Made by a program: the position numbers and the translations under genes
Source of the DNA: Candidatus Cloacimonadota bacterium
GTDB taxonomy: Bacteria; Cloacimonadota; Cloacimonadia; G963667145
Direction: 5' to 3'
Assembly: GCA_963676615.1 (NCBI GenBank)
Contig: OY781092.1
Location: 192,001 to 256,000 of the forward strand
DNA: 64,000 nt
Shown here: positions 38,274-49,088 of the stretch, one piece after another
Numbering within the stretch: the first letter of the stretch is position 1
Layout of the letters: each line of letters begins with the position of its first letter
Notes under the pieces: generated by a model
Told to the model about the DNA's origin: nothing
The model's database searches: none
What the model saw: the letters and a program-made list of their open reading frames with translations, nothing else

Positions 38274-38927
38274 CTACGGGGAAACCAAATATCCGCCCTT
38301 TTCGGCGAGCCATTTTTTCGCTTTTTGATACTCCGGAAAAATTTTTTCTAGGGCGTGCCAAAAAGATTTGCCGTGATGTGGGTAGTTTAGGTGAGTCAGC
38401 TCGTGGGCGACGACATAGGCGATGATGCCTTTGGGCGCTTTGACGAGGTTCCAGTTGAGGTTGATGTTGCCCAAGGATGAGCAAGACCCCCAGCGAGTTT
38501 TGGCGGACGATAGGCGGAGTTTCTCGAATCGCACACCCATTTTTTGGCAGTAAATTTTGGCAATTTCCGCAAAAATTTTTCGCGCTTTATTTTTATACCA
38601 ACGCTCCAGTAGCTGCTGTGGATCTTGGCTTTGCAGGTGTCGCACTGTGATGATGGCGTCGTTTTGCAAAATTGCGGGATTGCAAGAAAATTCAGTTTTC
38701 AGCGTGTAAATTTTCCCCAAAAGCAAAATTTTGTTGCCCGCAAAAAACGAAATTTGTTGTTGCAGTTTGCTACTTTGCTGGTCTATCCACCGTTTTTTTG
38801 CCTCAACGAATTGCATAATTTGCGCCTTTGGCAGCAGCAGCGGCGCTTTGATTAGCAGTTTTTGCGGGGAGACAACTTTTAGGGTGAGGCTTTTTCTTCG
38901 TTCGCGTTTGATTTCGATTTTCAGCAT
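38274..38927 (-). CDS. YgjP/M48 (SprT-like) metal-dependent hydrolase
   Basis: RKSLTL, KTRWGSCS, YVVAHELTHL..HHGKSFW. Confidence 0.9.
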   Translation of the reverse strand: MLKIEIKRERRKSLTLKVVSPQKLLIKAPLLLPKAQIMQFVEAKKRWIDQQSSKLQQQISFFAGNKILLLGKIYTLKTEFSCNPAILQNDAIITVRHLQSQDPQQLLERWYKNKARKIFAEIAKIYCQKMGVRFEKLRLSSAKTRWGSCSSLGNINLNWNLVKAPKGIIAYVVAHELTHLNYPHHGKSFWHALEKIFPEYQKAKKWLAEKGGYLVSP

Positions 38928-39676
38928 CGGATTTGGAAAAAATTGCAGGCGTTTTTGTAGGTGAGTTTGGCGATTTTTTCGTCTTTTTCGCCTCTGATGG
39001 CGGCAATTTTTTGGATGATGTAGGGCAAATAGAGCGGCGAGTTTCGCTTGCCACGAAAGGGATTTGGCGTCAGAAACGGGCAGTCGGTCTCTACCACAAA
39101 TTTGTCGCTGGGCATTTTGCTGATCAGCTCGTCTTGAGCGCCTTTGTTAAAAGTGATTGCGCCGCCAAGAGCGATGAGCCAGCCGTGGCTAAAAAGCGTC
39201 TGAGCGTATTGGTAATTCCCGCTGTAGCAATGAAATAGCACTTTTTTGGGGTTGTATTCTCGCAAAATTCGATAGCAGTCTTTGTAGGCGTCTCGGCAGT
39301 GGATTATCAGCGGTTTGTTCAGCTCTTGCGCCAGTTCGATTTGCGCACGAAAGGCAAACTCTTGGGCGTCTCGTGGGCTGTAATTTTTGAAATAGTCCAA
39401 GCCGATTTCGCCGATTGCCACCACTTTTTTGTGTCCAGCGAGCTTTTTTAATTTTGGCAAATCAAGGCTTTGCGCTTCGTGCGGATGCACGCCTACAGCC
39501 GCGTAAATTTCGGGGAATTTTTCTGCCAAAGCGATAGACGCGGCGCTACTTTCGGCGTCGGTTGCCACATTCAGCATTTTTTTGACGCCAGATTTGCCAG
39601 CTTGCCTGATAATTTCGTCTCGATCTTGGTCAAAATTTTCCAAATCTAGGTGCATATGGGTTTCAAAAATGCTCAC
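38921..39676 (-). CDS. tatD: TatD family DNase
   Basis: [35 protein letters not shown]. Confidence 0.93.
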   Translation of the reverse strand: MSIFETHMHLDLENFDQDRDEIIRQAGKSGVKKMLNVATDAESSAASIALAEKFPEIYAAVGVHPHEAQSLDLPKLKKLAGHKKVVAIGEIGLDYFKNYSPRDAQEFAFRAQIELAQELNKPLIIHCRDAYKDCYRILREYNPKKVLFHCYSGNYQYAQTLFSHGWLIALGGAITFNKGAQDELISKMPSDKFVVETDCPFLTPNPFRGKRNSPLYLPYIIQKIAAIRGEKDEKIAKLTYKNACNFFQIRC

Positions 39677-40479
39677 CGCAGGGCGTCCTCCAAAGTTACC
39701 GAGGCGTCCGATTTGTTGTCGCGATATTTGATGATGATCGGGCAGTAAACGCTGAAATTTGGGTTGCTCTTTAGCGGGCGTGAACCAGCGACAACCACGG
39801 CGTTTTCGGGGATAACGGGAGCTTTGTCTTTCTCTTTTGGCAAAAAGCTGTTGGTGGTGGCATCATAGACGGGCGTCGATTTGGTGATGATCACTCCAGA
39901 GGCGAGAATTGCGCGCTTTTGGACGATGACCCCCTCGTAAATTCCGGTGTTTCCGCCGACGAAAACTTCGTCTTCGATAATCACGGGATTTGCGCCGATA
40001 GGCTCCAGCACGCCGCCGATTTGTGCCGCAGCCGATAGGTGAACATTTTTGCCAATTTGGGCGCACGAGCCGACCAATGCGTGCGAATCGACCATCGTGC
40101 CTTCTCCCACATAGGCTCCGACATTTACATACGCAGGCGGCATCACCGTCACGCCTTGCGCAAGGTGAGCTCCGTCGCGCACCGAAGAGCCGCCAGGAAC
40201 GATGCGGATTTTGCTCTCAAGCCCGAAAGTTTGCTCGGGATAGGTCGATTTGTCCAAAAAAATTTGATGACCGTATTTGGGAAAAGCGACAATCTCGCCG
40301 AGGCGAAATCCCAGCAAAATCCCCTTTTTCACCCAGCTGTTCACTTGCCACTGCTGACCAACTTTTTCTGCAGCACGAATTTCGCCGCTGTTCATTTTGG
40401 CGATAAATTTTTTGAAAACCGCCAAATCTTCTGGCGAATGCTTCTTCTTTTCGTATAAACTCTCGATAATCTCTCTCAC
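39673..40479 (-). CDS. dapD: Tetrahydrodipicolinate N-succinyltransferase
   Basis: [39 protein letters not shown]. Confidence 0.93.
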   Translation of the reverse strand: MREIIESLYEKKKHSPEDLAVFKKFIAKMNSGEIRAAEKVGQQWQVNSWVKKGILLGFRLGEIVAFPKYGHQIFLDKSTYPEQTFGLESKIRIVPGGSSVRDGAHLAQGVTVMPPAYVNVGAYVGEGTMVDSHALVGSCAQIGKNVHLSAAAQIGGVLEPIGANPVIIEDEVFVGGNTGIYEGVIVQKRAILASGVIITKSTPVYDATTNSFLPKEKDKAPVIPENAVVVAGSRPLKSNPNFSVYCPIIIKYRDNKSDASVTLEDALR

Positions 40480-40489
40480 GCTTGCTCCT

Positions 40490-40894
40490 TTAGTGTTTTT
40501 TTAGATTTGCGGACATTTGTTGATAAATCTCTTTGTCCAATCTTGTGGCTTTGCCATTTTGGGCGAAAGCCCCTGTAATCTCGATGGTTGCGCACAAATC
40601 GCCTTTTTCGTTATAGATTTTTTGCAGCCAATGCGAGCGGACTCGTCCGAGCTTTTTGACCGAACTTTGCACGGTGATATTTTCCGCAAAATCGATTTGC
40701 TTTTGATATTTGATGTGGATGTCGGTGACAAAAATGGCGATGTTTAGCGTCATAAATTTTTTGACAGAAAAGTCGATTTCCTGCAGAACCATCGCGCGCG
40801 CCTCTTCCAAAATTTGGAGGTAGCTGGCGTTGTTCAGGTGCCCATAAATGTCGCATTCGTAGCCGAAAATGTGCCGCTTGTAGCTAAAAGTCAT
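40490..40894 (-). CDS. Acyl-CoA thioesterase (YbgC/4HBT family)
   Basis: [21 protein letters not shown]. Confidence 0.88.
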   Translation of the reverse strand: MTFSYKRHIFGYECDIYGHLNNASYLQILEEARAMVLQEIDFSVKKFMTLNIAIFVTDIHIKYQKQIDFAENITVQSSVKKLGRVRSHWLQKIYNEKGDLCATIEITGAFAQNGKATRLDKEIYQQMSANLKKH

Positions 40895-40982
40895 AAAAAA
40901 ACTCCTGCTGTTTTAGTTTGTAAATGTTTAACTACAGTTGCGGGGATTAGGTCAACTTTTTTCTCCAGAATTTGCTTTTTTG

Positions 40983-41012
40983 TTGACAGAAATGGCGTCG
41001 CAAAAATTTTGC
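40983..41012 (+). promoter_or_regulatory. Promoter (-35 TTGACA) with a palindrome, possible TetR operator
   Basis: TTGACA at 40983; GCAAAA-A-TTTTGC at 41000-41012 just upstream of tetR. Confidence 0.45.
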
Positions 41013-41034
41013 ACAAAATGAAAAAATTTAAAAT

Positions 41035-41634
41035 ATGCAAAAAAGTTTAAGAGAAAAGAAGAAAGTTCGGCGCAAAAATCTGATTTTGCAAGAGTTCGGC
41101 AGGCTTTTGAAAAAGCGTGGTTTGGACGGTTTTGTGATGAAAGATATTTCCGACAATTTGGAGATTTCGCTGCGCACGCTCTACAACTATTACGACAACA
41201 AAAACGATTTGGTCGCCGATTTTCTCAGCGGAATGTTGCTCGATTTTTTGGGGAAAATTGACGAAAAAGATTTGCCACATAGTGACGATTTTGCCCGAGA
41301 TGTGAACGCTCTTTTGGCGTCGTTTTTCAATTTGCCGTTTTCCGAAGAGCAGATGCGAGTGATTTGGAAAAGTTATTTTGTGGGAAGTGTTGTCTCGCAA
41401 GAGCGGATTGAACTTTTTCAAAAGGTGGATAGGCTTTGCATCGCGCAGATTGGCAAAATTGTCCAAAATCACAAAAAAGTTCTAAAAGAGAGTTGCGAGT
41501 TGGTTGCGGAGATTTTTTATACGCTTTTTACGACTAGTTTTACCAAGTTTGTTGTGGGCGAAATAAGCGTTGCGCAGGCACGGCAGGAGCTGAAAAAAAA
41601 GGTGGAGATTGTGAGTAAAGGAGTTTTGCGATGA
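41035..41634 (+). CDS. TetR/AcrR family regulator
   Basis: LREKKK..R..IL, DISDNLEISLRTLYNYYDNKNDL. Confidence 0.9.
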   Translation: MQKSLREKKKVRRKNLILQEFGRLLKKRGLDGFVMKDISDNLEISLRTLYNYYDNKNDLVADFLSGMLLDFLGKIDEKDLPHSDDFARDVNALLASFFNLPFSEEQMRVIWKSYFVGSVVSQERIELFQKVDRLCIAQIGKIVQNHKKVLKESCELVAEIFYTLFTTSFTKFVVGEISVAQARQELKKKVEIVSKGVLR

Positions 41635-42386
41635 AGATTTTTTATTTTTCTGGAACGGGAAACACGCTGTATGTCGCCAAAGAGGTGGCGAAAAATGAGG
41701 AGAATTTAGAGCTGGTGAGCATCAAAAATTGCATTGGGAAAGCTCTTGCGCCCACGGGAGCTGTGGGAATTGCTTTTCCGCTTTACGCTTTTGGTTTGCC
41801 GAAGATGGTGCGGAAATTTTTGCAAGAGGCGGATTTTAGCAAGGTGGACTATTTTTTTGCGTTGCAGACCCGCAGTAAGTCGCCAGGGCGAGCTTTTGCT
41901 GATGTGCAAAAATTATCTGGGCGCAAGCTGGACGCCTCTTTTGTGGTGAATATGCCGTCGGGTTATTTGCCGTTTGGGGAGCTGGAGAGCGACGAAAAGC
42001 GCGAGGAGATTTTGAGTAAAGCGGCGAAAAAGATTGCGGCGATTGGGGAAAAAGTGCAAGGCAGAGCGCGCCAGAGAGTTTTTGAGTTTTGCCTGATTAG
42101 GCTGGTGGCGTTGCCGATTTATTGGGTGTGGCAGCGGTTTAGCGATTTGGGGAAGAGTTATTTTGCCGATAGTAAATGCACGGGTTGCGGGATTTGCAGC
42201 AAGGTGTGTCCTGCTGGTTGTATCACGATGAAAGATGGCGTGCCGCAGTGGCAGGCGGGTAAATGCGAGAGCTGTATGGCGTGCATAAATTATTGTCCAG
42301 CAAGGGCTTTGCAGCTAAATCAGAAGACGAAAGGGTATGGTCGCTATCATCATCCAGCGATTGACTGGAAGCAGATTGTGCAATAA
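41631..42386 (+). CDS. EFR1-family flavodoxin-ferredoxin fusion
   Basis: YFSGTGNT; CTGCGICSKVCP and CESCMACINYCP; RYHHP. Confidence 0.9.
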   Translation: MKIFYFSGTGNTLYVAKEVAKNEENLELVSIKNCIGKALAPTGAVGIAFPLYAFGLPKMVRKFLQEADFSKVDYFFALQTRSKSPGRAFADVQKLSGRKLDASFVVNMPSGYLPFGELESDEKREEILSKAAKKIAAIGEKVQGRARQRVFEFCLIRLVALPIYWVWQRFSDLGKSYFADSKCTGCGICSKVCPAGCITMKDGVPQWQAGKCESCMACINYCPARALQLNQKTKGYGRYHHPAIDWKQIVQ

Positions 42387-42474
42387 TTTTGCGGGAAATG
42401 AGCTTGTCGGGCGTCAAAGTTTTTCGTGAAGTTATAGAGTAATTTGCGGATTTTTAATGTGAGGATTTAAGAGA

Positions 42475-43794
42475 ATGAGAAATTTTTTTGTGGTGATTTT
42501 TTTGGTAGCTTTTGGGGCTGCTTCTGCCAAGGTTTTGAATTTGGAGCAGGCGAAGAAGTTGGCGCTGGAGAACAGCAGTAGTTTGCAGGCGGCAAAAGCC
42601 GATTATAAGGCGGCTTTTTATGATACTTGGGGAAATTTTGTGAACCTTTTTGGCTCGGCGAATTTTTCGTATGGTTGGAGCAAAGTTGACGAAGGCAGCG
42701 TTTCGCCAGAGCTGAAGACGGAGAACGAGAATTATGGAATTAGGTTGTCGCAGACGATTTTTGCGCAGGGCAGAAATTGGTATTCGTATCGCATAGCGGC
42801 GAACACGGAGCAGATGAAGAAGCTGGCGTTGGAGGAGCAGGAGTTTGTGGCTTTGGCGGAAGCGGAGACGAAATATTTTGCGCTGCTTTTGGCGCAGAGG
42901 GAGCTGGAGATTGCCAAAAACGACCTCAAGAGCAGTCAGGAGTCGCTGGATCAGACGAAGATTAAGCGGAAGACGGGCTCGCGCTCGCAGGTGGATGTGC
43001 TGAATATGCAGGCGGAGGTTAGGAGCAAAGAGGTGGAGGTTTTGGGCAAACAGAATAGCTATCAGCAGAGCAAAAATCAGTTTTGTGAGTTTTTGCATAT
43101 TGATGAGCAAGATTTGCAGCTTGAGCCGATTGAGATGGACGAGTTTGCCGATATTTTTGATAAGGTGCAAAAGTTGGATGTGAACAATTTGGACGCTTTG
43201 GTGCAACGGGTGCTCGATTTTGGAGAGCGGAGGAATTTGTCGCTGAAGAGTTTGCAAGAGGCAAAAGAGATTGCCGAGAAAGGGAAGGTTATGGCGGCTT
43301 TGAGCCCTTTGCCGAGTATTTCGGCGAGTTATTCTTATACTAAAAGCAAGGCTTATACCAGCTCGTATCAAAGCGGTAGCAACCAGCTCAGCGTTTCGGT
43401 TTCGATGCCGATTTCGTTTTTGCCGTTTGTCGATAATTTTTTGGATTATCAAAAGGCGCGCTATGAGCTGCGCAAGGTGGAGGCGGAGAATTATAACACG
43501 CAGATGCAGATAAATCTGCAGATTAAGGCGGCGGTTTACACTTTTGTGAGTGCTGCAAAGCAGGTGACGGCTGCCGATTTTGGGCAGAAGGCTGCCACGG
43601 GGATGTTTGAGCAGAATACGGCGCGGTTTGATAGCGGTTTGCTTTCGACGGCGGACTATTTGGATGCTTTGAATTCGTATCAGTCGGCGCAGCTGAATTT
43701 TGTGGTTGCCAAGAATAGTTTTTTTACAGCCAAGTCTGATTTGAAGAGGCTTTTGGTGATAGAGGATGACGATAAATTGATGGATTTGTTTTAA
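42475..43794 (+). CDS. TolC family outer membrane efflux protein
   Basis: Signal peptide, LNLEQA..ALENS, two helical repeats (GSRSQVDVL, GLLSTADYL); operon position. Confidence 0.85.
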   Translation: MRNFFVVIFLVAFGAASAKVLNLEQAKKLALENSSSLQAAKADYKAAFYDTWGNFVNLFGSANFSYGWSKVDEGSVSPELKTENENYGIRLSQTIFAQGRNWYSYRIAANTEQMKKLALEEQEFVALAEAETKYFALLLAQRELEIAKNDLKSSQESLDQTKIKRKTGSRSQVDVLNMQAEVRSKEVEVLGKQNSYQQSKNQFCEFLHIDEQDLQLEPIEMDEFADIFDKVQKLDVNNLDALVQRVLDFGERRNLSLKSLQEAKEIAEKGKVMAALSPLPSISASYSYTKSKAYTSSYQSGSNQLSVSVSMPISFLPFVDNFLDYQKARYELRKVEAENYNTQMQINLQIKAAVYTFVSAAKQVTAADFGQKAATGMFEQNTARFDSGLLSTADYLDALNSYQSAQLNFVVAKNSFFTAKSDLKRLLVIEDDDKLMDLF

Positions 43795-43812
43795 GGAAAA
43801 ACGGAGACGAAG

Positions 43813-44934
43813 ATGAAATTTTGGACGAAGAAGAGAGTGGTGATTTTTTCGCTGGTTGCGCTGGTTGTGGCTATTGCGGCGGTAGCGATTTTGGGTTTTG
43901 GCAGCAAGAAGCAGACTGCGGAAGCTTTGCCAGAGAAGAAAGCGGATGAGGCGAATGTGACGATGGTGCTGGTGCAGGAGTTCCAAAGGCAGAATGTGCC
44001 GGAGTATGTGCAGGTTAGCGGCGTTTTGCAGGGGATTGCGCAGGTGGAGATGATTGCGGGTGTGTCTGGGCAGTTGCGGGCGTTGCACAAGAATATGGGC
44101 GATTGGGTGGAAAAGGGGCAGAGCATCGGCGATATTGACGCGGATGTATATAAGGCGGAGTATGATCAGGCAAAGGCGCTTTTTGAGATTGCCAAAAATA
44201 ATCTGAAAGCGGGCAAGCGGTTGTATCGGTCGAAGAAGATTTCGGATGCGGAGTATCAGGAGATTTTGGGTAATTTTGCCAGCAGTCAGGCGAATTTGGA
44301 GATGAAGCGAAATTCCTACGATTATGCGAGAATGGCGGCTCCTGTGAGCGGGTTTATTACCGATTTGCCTGTGGAAGTGGGACAGAGTATCGGCTCGTCG
44401 AGTTTTGTTTGCAAGGTGGTGGACGATAAGAAGCTTTTGCTGAATACGGGCGTTGGCGAGGCGAGTATCCTCAAAATCGAAGAGGGGCAAAAGGTGGATG
44501 TGAGCCCAGACGGTTCGGATTTGCTGCTTAGTGGCAGTGTGATTGGTGCTGGCAAGGCTCCTGCGTGTAATAGCGCGGTGTATCCTGTGAAGATTGAGTT
44601 GCCAGGCTCGAAGGGGCTTTTGGCTGGAATGACGGTGACGGCGCAGATTGCCGTGGGCGAGTTTGCGAATGTGAAGGCGGTTATCTACGATGCGCTGGTG
44701 CAGGAGTATGACGATTTTTATGTATTTCGATTGAATCAGGAGGATAACACGGTTGCCAAGACGAAGGTGGTGGTGAAGAAGATGGTGGGAAATGTGGCGA
44801 TTGTGGAGAGTGCGCTGGAGGATGGCGATTTTGTGGTGATTGACGGAGCAGACGAGATGGAGGACGGGCAAAAGGTGAGCCCGAATTTTTATAAGTCCAG
44901 CAAAGTGAAATCTGCCGACGGCGAGCAGGAGTAG
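43813..44934 (+). CDS. RND efflux periplasmic adaptor (MFP)
   Basis: N-terminal TM, GDWVEKGQ, AAPVSGFI, LLAGMTV. Confidence 0.88.
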   Translation: MKFWTKKRVVIFSLVALVVAIAAVAILGFGSKKQTAEALPEKKADEANVTMVLVQEFQRQNVPEYVQVSGVLQGIAQVEMIAGVSGQLRALHKNMGDWVEKGQSIGDIDADVYKAEYDQAKALFEIAKNNLKAGKRLYRSKKISDAEYQEILGNFASSQANLEMKRNSYDYARMAAPVSGFITDLPVEVGQSIGSSSFVCKVVDDKKLLLNTGVGEASILKIEEGQKVDVSPDGSDLLLSGSVIGAGKAPACNSAVYPVKIELPGSKGLLAGMTVTAQIAVGEFANVKAVIYDALVQEYDDFYVFRLNQEDNTVAKTKVVVKKMVGNVAIVESALEDGDFVVIDGADEMEDGQKVSPNFYKSSKVKSADGEQE

Positions 44935-44937
44935 AAG

Positions 44938-47900
44938 ATGAGTATTGCCAAATTTTCTGTTAAAAACTCGGTGCTGATCAACCTTTTGATGGTGCTGGTT
45001 TTTATTGCGGGGATTTATGCGATGATTTTTATCCCCAAAGAGGACGCGCCGCCAGTCGATTTTGGGCGTGCTTTTGTGATTGTGAACTATACGGGTGTTT
45101 CGCCAGAGGATATGGAAGCGCTGGTTGCTGATAAGCTGGAGGACGAGATTGTCGATGTGGACGGCGTGGATTATGTGACCACGCAGATTCAGACTGGCTA
45201 TGTGATGGCGATGGTGAGTTTTGAGACAGATGTCGATCCCGACGACGCTTGGGACGATCTGAACGATGCGGTCAACAAGGTCAAAGATTTGCCCGATGGC
45301 GCTAGCGATATCATCGTTATTCGGTTGAATATGCGGGAGGTGAACGAGATTTGCAATGTGTCTATGTCCTCGCCGTTTGAGACGAAGACGACCAACTCGT
45401 TGGCGGAAGATTTTGAACAGAAGCTAAAGAAAGTGGCGAATGTGTCCAAAGTTGAGCAGTATGGCGAGCGCGAGGAGAAGATTTTTATCGATGTCGATCC
45501 CGATAAATTGTCGGCATACGGCTTGGCGCTGGGCGATATTACCTCGGCGGTGACTCGGCGCAATGTGACTTTTCCTGGCGGTGATATCGATTTTGGCAGC
45601 TCGCAGCGGGCGGTGCGGACAGTTGGCGAATACCAGACCGTTGCCCAGATCCAAAACCAGATTGTGACGGTGGACGATCGCGGGCGCTCTGTGCGGCTAA
45701 AGGATATCGCTAATGTTTACTATGGCTTCGACGATTTGGAGGTCGCCACACGGTTGGACGGTCAGAAGTCGATATTTTTTCAGGTTTACAAAAAAGCTAC
45801 CGGCAATATCATCGAGGTGATGAAAGATATCCGCCAGGTCGCAAAGCAGTTCGAGAGCGACCATCAGGGCGTGAAGGTGAGTATCAACAACGACGATTCC
45901 AAAGATGTGAAAAACAGCATCAACACGCTGGGGACTTCCACTTTTTACGGAATAATCCTCGTGTTTTTTATGCTACTGCTTTTTTTGGGCTGGAAAAACG
46001 CCCTCTTTGCAGGCCTCGGCATTCCGTTTTCGTTTCTGCTGTGTTTTTTCATAATGTACACCATCGACATCTCGATAAACAACCTCTCGCTGTTTGCCTT
46101 GATTTTGGTTTTGGGAATGATTGTGGACGACGCAATCGTGGTCATCGAGAATGTGCATCGTCACATCGAAATGGGTAAAACGCCCGAACAGGCAGCCATC
46201 GACGGCACCGAAGAGGTGACTTTTCCGGTGATTGCCGCTGTAGCAACGACCGCCGCTGCGTTTATGCCGATGCTGATGATGAAAGGGATGATGGGCAAAT
46301 TTTTGAGCGTTTTCCCGATTGTCGTGTCGCTGGCGCTGCTGTGTTCGCTTGCCGAATGTCTGATTATTTTGCCGTGCCACTTGGCGGATTTTAGCAAGCA
46401 AATCACCAAGAAAAAGCCGCACAAAGTTTATAACAAAATGCTGGAGATTTATCATCGGCTGATTGTGAACTTCCTCAAGCACAGATTTTTGGCGCTTTTG
46501 GGAGTTGTGGCTGCGCTGCTTATTTGCGTGTGGATGCTGATGGGCGGACTGGTGAAGTTCGACTTTTTCCCGAGTTCGCCGTCCACGACAATGATTTTGA
46601 AGATAAAAACGCCCGTGGGCACATCGCTGGAAAACACTGAAGAGATCGTCTCAAAGGTGGAAAAATATATCGCCAAGCAGATGCCCGAAAATGGCGACAT
46701 CTTGTCGATTGTCAGTTATGTGGGGATGATTTCCGAAAATCACCGCTCCACGCTGCGCACCTATTACGCGACGATTAACATCGATTTGGTCGATCCAGAC
46801 GACGCCAAATTTGAGCAGGACAAGATTAAATCCTCGATACGCAAATTTTTGAAGACGATACCTGAGATTGTGTTTGTAGAGTTTGACGAAGGCAGCGACG
46901 GACCTCCTGTGGGAGACGACATCTCGATGCGGATAGAGGGCGCCAATTTGCAAAAATTGATTGCGATCTCGGCAGATGTAGAGGCGATTTTGAACTCGTT
47001 TCCTGGTGTGGAAGATGTGGGCAACGACCTGAATTACGACAAAAAGCAGGTGGAGATTTTGCCGTATCACAATAAGCTGGCGAAATACGGTTTGACGGTG
47101 CAGGACATTTCGCAAGCCGTCTGGACTGCGGTTAACGGCTCGGATATCAGCGAATATCGTGGGCAAGGCGTGAAAGAGTGTGATATCACTTTGCGGCTGG
47201 ACGATGCGAAAATTGGCGATTTGGAGAAGTTGAAAAATTTCAAAATTCGCTCTAGCAGTGGCGATGTTTTGCCGCTGAGATCGCTTGCCGAGTTTAAGGT
47301 AAATCTGGGTATTGGGCAGCTCAAACACCGCAACGGCGAGCGGGTTGTGACGATTACCGCTGGCTGCGGAATGTATGAAAAAGACGGCAAAAAAGTCAAA
47401 CGGATCCCATCGGAAGTGACAAAAATGCTCGTCGGCAGCAAAATCACAGGCGAAAAAGGGGTTTTGTCTGATTTCAGCAGTAAATATCCAGGCTACATTT
47501 TGGAATTTGGTGGCAGAGCCGAGCAGCAACGGGAGTCATACAGCTCGCTGGGCTTGGCGTTCATCGTGGCGATTATTATCATCTACACGATTTTGGCGTG
47601 GCAGTTCAAAAGCTATGTGCAGCCGCTAATCGTGATGTTCGCCCTGCCGTTTGCGTTTATCGGCGTGGTTATCGGGCTTGTGGTCACTGGTTTGCCGTTT
47701 TCTTTGCCAGTTTTGATTGGCGTTGTGGGACTTGCGGGAGTGGTGGTAAATGACTCGCTGATTTTGGTCGATTTCGTCAATCGCTTACGAGAGGAGGGTC
47801 ACAACCGCTGGAGTTCGCTTATTGAAGCGGGCAAAACTCGCTTGCGTCCGATATTTTTGACGACATTCACGACGATAGCTGGATTTTTGCCGATGATTCT

Positions 47901-48099
47901 CTCGTCTAGCAGCGCCACTGCCGAGTGGAAACCCGTGGCTGTTTCGATGGCTTTTGGGCTTGGCTTTGCGACATTCCTAACGCTTTTGGTGTTGCCGTGC
48001 CTCTACTCTGTCGTCGATTCTGTGTTTGGATTTTTGAGGATTACCCGATTCAAAGAGCATATCAGCCTTAGCGATGCGCTCAAAAAAATGGGCGAGTAA
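44938..48099 (+). CDS. RND efflux permease (AcrB family)
   Basis: 1053 aa; GMIVDDAIVVIEN, GVVVNDSLILVD, RLRPIFLTT. Confidence 0.95.
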   Translation: MSIAKFSVKNSVLINLLMVLVFIAGIYAMIFIPKEDAPPVDFGRAFVIVNYTGVSPEDMEALVADKLEDEIVDVDGVDYVTTQIQTGYVMAMVSFETDVDPDDAWDDLNDAVNKVKDLPDGASDIIVIRLNMREVNEICNVSMSSPFETKTTNSLAEDFEQKLKKVANVSKVEQYGEREEKIFIDVDPDKLSAYGLALGDITSAVTRRNVTFPGGDIDFGSSQRAVRTVGEYQTVAQIQNQIVTVDDRGRSVRLKDIANVYYGFDDLEVATRLDGQKSIFFQVYKKATGNIIEVMKDIRQVAKQFESDHQGVKVSINNDDSKDVKNSINTLGTSTFYGIILVFFMLLLFLGWKNALFAGLGIPFSFLLCFFIMYTIDISINNLSLFALILVLGMIVDDAIVVIENVHRHIEMGKTPEQAAIDGTEEVTFPVIAAVATTAAAFMPMLMMKGMMGKFLSVFPIVVSLALLCSLAECLIILPCHLADFSKQITKKKPHKVYNKMLEIYHRLIVNFLKHRFLALLGVVAALLICVWMLMGGLVKFDFFPSSPSTTMILKIKTPVGTSLENTEEIVSKVEKYIAKQMPENGDILSIVSYVGMISENHRSTLRTYYATINIDLVDPDDAKFEQDKIKSSIRKFLKTIPEIVFVEFDEGSDGPPVGDDISMRIEGANLQKLIAISADVEAILNSFPGVEDVGNDLNYDKKQVEILPYHNKLAKYGLTVQDISQAVWTAVNGSDISEYRGQGVKECDITLRLDDAKIGDLEKLKNFKIRSSSGDVLPLRSLAEFKVNLGIGQLKHRNGERVVTITAGCGMYEKDGKKVKRIPSEVTKMLVGSKITGEKGVLSDFSSKYPGYILEFGGRAEQQRESYSSLGLAFIVAIIIIYTILAWQFKSYVQPLIVMFALPFAFIGVVIGLVVTGLPFSLPVLIGVVGLAGVVVNDSLILVDFVNRLREEGHNRWSSLIEAGKTRLRPIFLTTFTTIAGFLPMILSSSSATAEWKPVAVSMAFGLGFATFLTLLVLPCLYSVVDSVFGFLRITRFKEHISLSDALKKMGE

Positions 48100-48108
48100 A
48101 AATTTTAT

Positions 48109-48137
48109 AGGGGCATTTTTTTGTGCCCCTTTTTTTT
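48109..48137 (+). terminator. Intrinsic terminator
   Basis: AGGGGCA-loop-TGCCCCT followed by a T run, just after the RND stop. Confidence 0.8.
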
Positions 48138-48152
48138 AGTTCTAGGGGAAAA

Positions 48153-49016
48153 ATGAAAAAATTGTCGATTTTAGCGTTTTTGATTTTCGCAATAGCGCCA
48201 CTTTTTGCAGACGAGCAGTCCGCCATAAAAAAGCCCAATCCGCCGCTTTTGGTGGTGGATAAAAAGCAAAAAAAGGTTGTGAAAAAGAGCGAAGTGCGCC
48301 AAAGCCCAAACGGCTGGCATTTTGTCGGCGGAGTTTACTCCTCTTTTGGATTGAACGACCCCGGCGACGACGAGCGGGAGTTTCTTTGCTTTCCGCTGAT
48401 TAGCGCAAGATATCGCCACGAGGTGTTCGAGTTTGGCACCGAAGGTTTGGGCGTTGGAGCCAAGCGGTATTTTTGGGAAGACGCCGCCGAAGCTGGAGTT
48501 GGTGTGGAGTTTGGCTTTAAGCGAAACGGCAAAAAAAGCGCCGATGGCTATATGCCGAGCGTGTTGAACGATGTGAAGTTCAAAGTTGGCGCAGGTGCGT
48601 TTTTCTTTCGAGCAGACTACACCTATTTGCCCATCAAGGTGAGCCATCCGCCAAAAAAGAGCGAAAGTTTGGACGCCCATTTTGTGCAGCTGAGCCTAGA
48701 GACGCCCGGCTTTCCGCTGATGGTGAAGCCAATTTTTTGGGGGATAAAAGGCAGTGCGAGCCTGCAGATTATGGACGATAATTACGCAAGCGCCTACTTC
48801 AATTATTACGACAAAAACGGGCAAGCGACCTACAGCGCCAAGGGCGGACTTTACAGTTTTATCTATTCTGTTTCGAGCAATTTGTTCGTCGGCAAGCGCT
48901 GGATGCTGATGTTCGATTTCAAACGGGAGTTTTTTTTGGACGATGCACGGCGGTCGCCCGTTGTCAAAAAAACGGCTGCAAACAGCTTCACATCGATGAT
49001 TATGTATAGCTTTTAG
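48153..49016 (+). CDS. MipA/OmpV-like outer membrane beta-barrel
   Basis: Signal peptide, DDNY..AYF, Y.AKGGL, DDARRSPVV, C-terminal YSF. Confidence 0.7.
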   Translation: MKKLSILAFLIFAIAPLFADEQSAIKKPNPPLLVVDKKQKKVVKKSEVRQSPNGWHFVGGVYSSFGLNDPGDDEREFLCFPLISARYRHEVFEFGTEGLGVGAKRYFWEDAAEAGVGVEFGFKRNGKKSADGYMPSVLNDVKFKVGAGAFFFRADYTYLPIKVSHPPKKSESLDAHFVQLSLETPGFPLMVKPIFWGIKGSASLQIMDDNYASAYFNYYDKNGQATYSAKGGLYSFIYSVSSNLFVGKRWMLMFDFKREFFLDDARRSPVVKKTAANSFTSMIMYSF

Positions 49017-49088
49017 AAACAATGCTTGACAGTTTTTCCTTTCCCCTTTCCTTAGAAAAGTATTTTTTTTCAGGACAAGGGGATTTTA

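Noticed and set aside
42454..44871. 805-aa antisense ORF, and similar ones at 62291-63868, 31245-32438, 22738-23850, 13925-14932 and 35977-36969
   Set aside because: They lie opposite well-supported genes, have low-complexity L/H/R/I composition and no motifs. The G/T codon bias depletes stop codons on the opposite strand.
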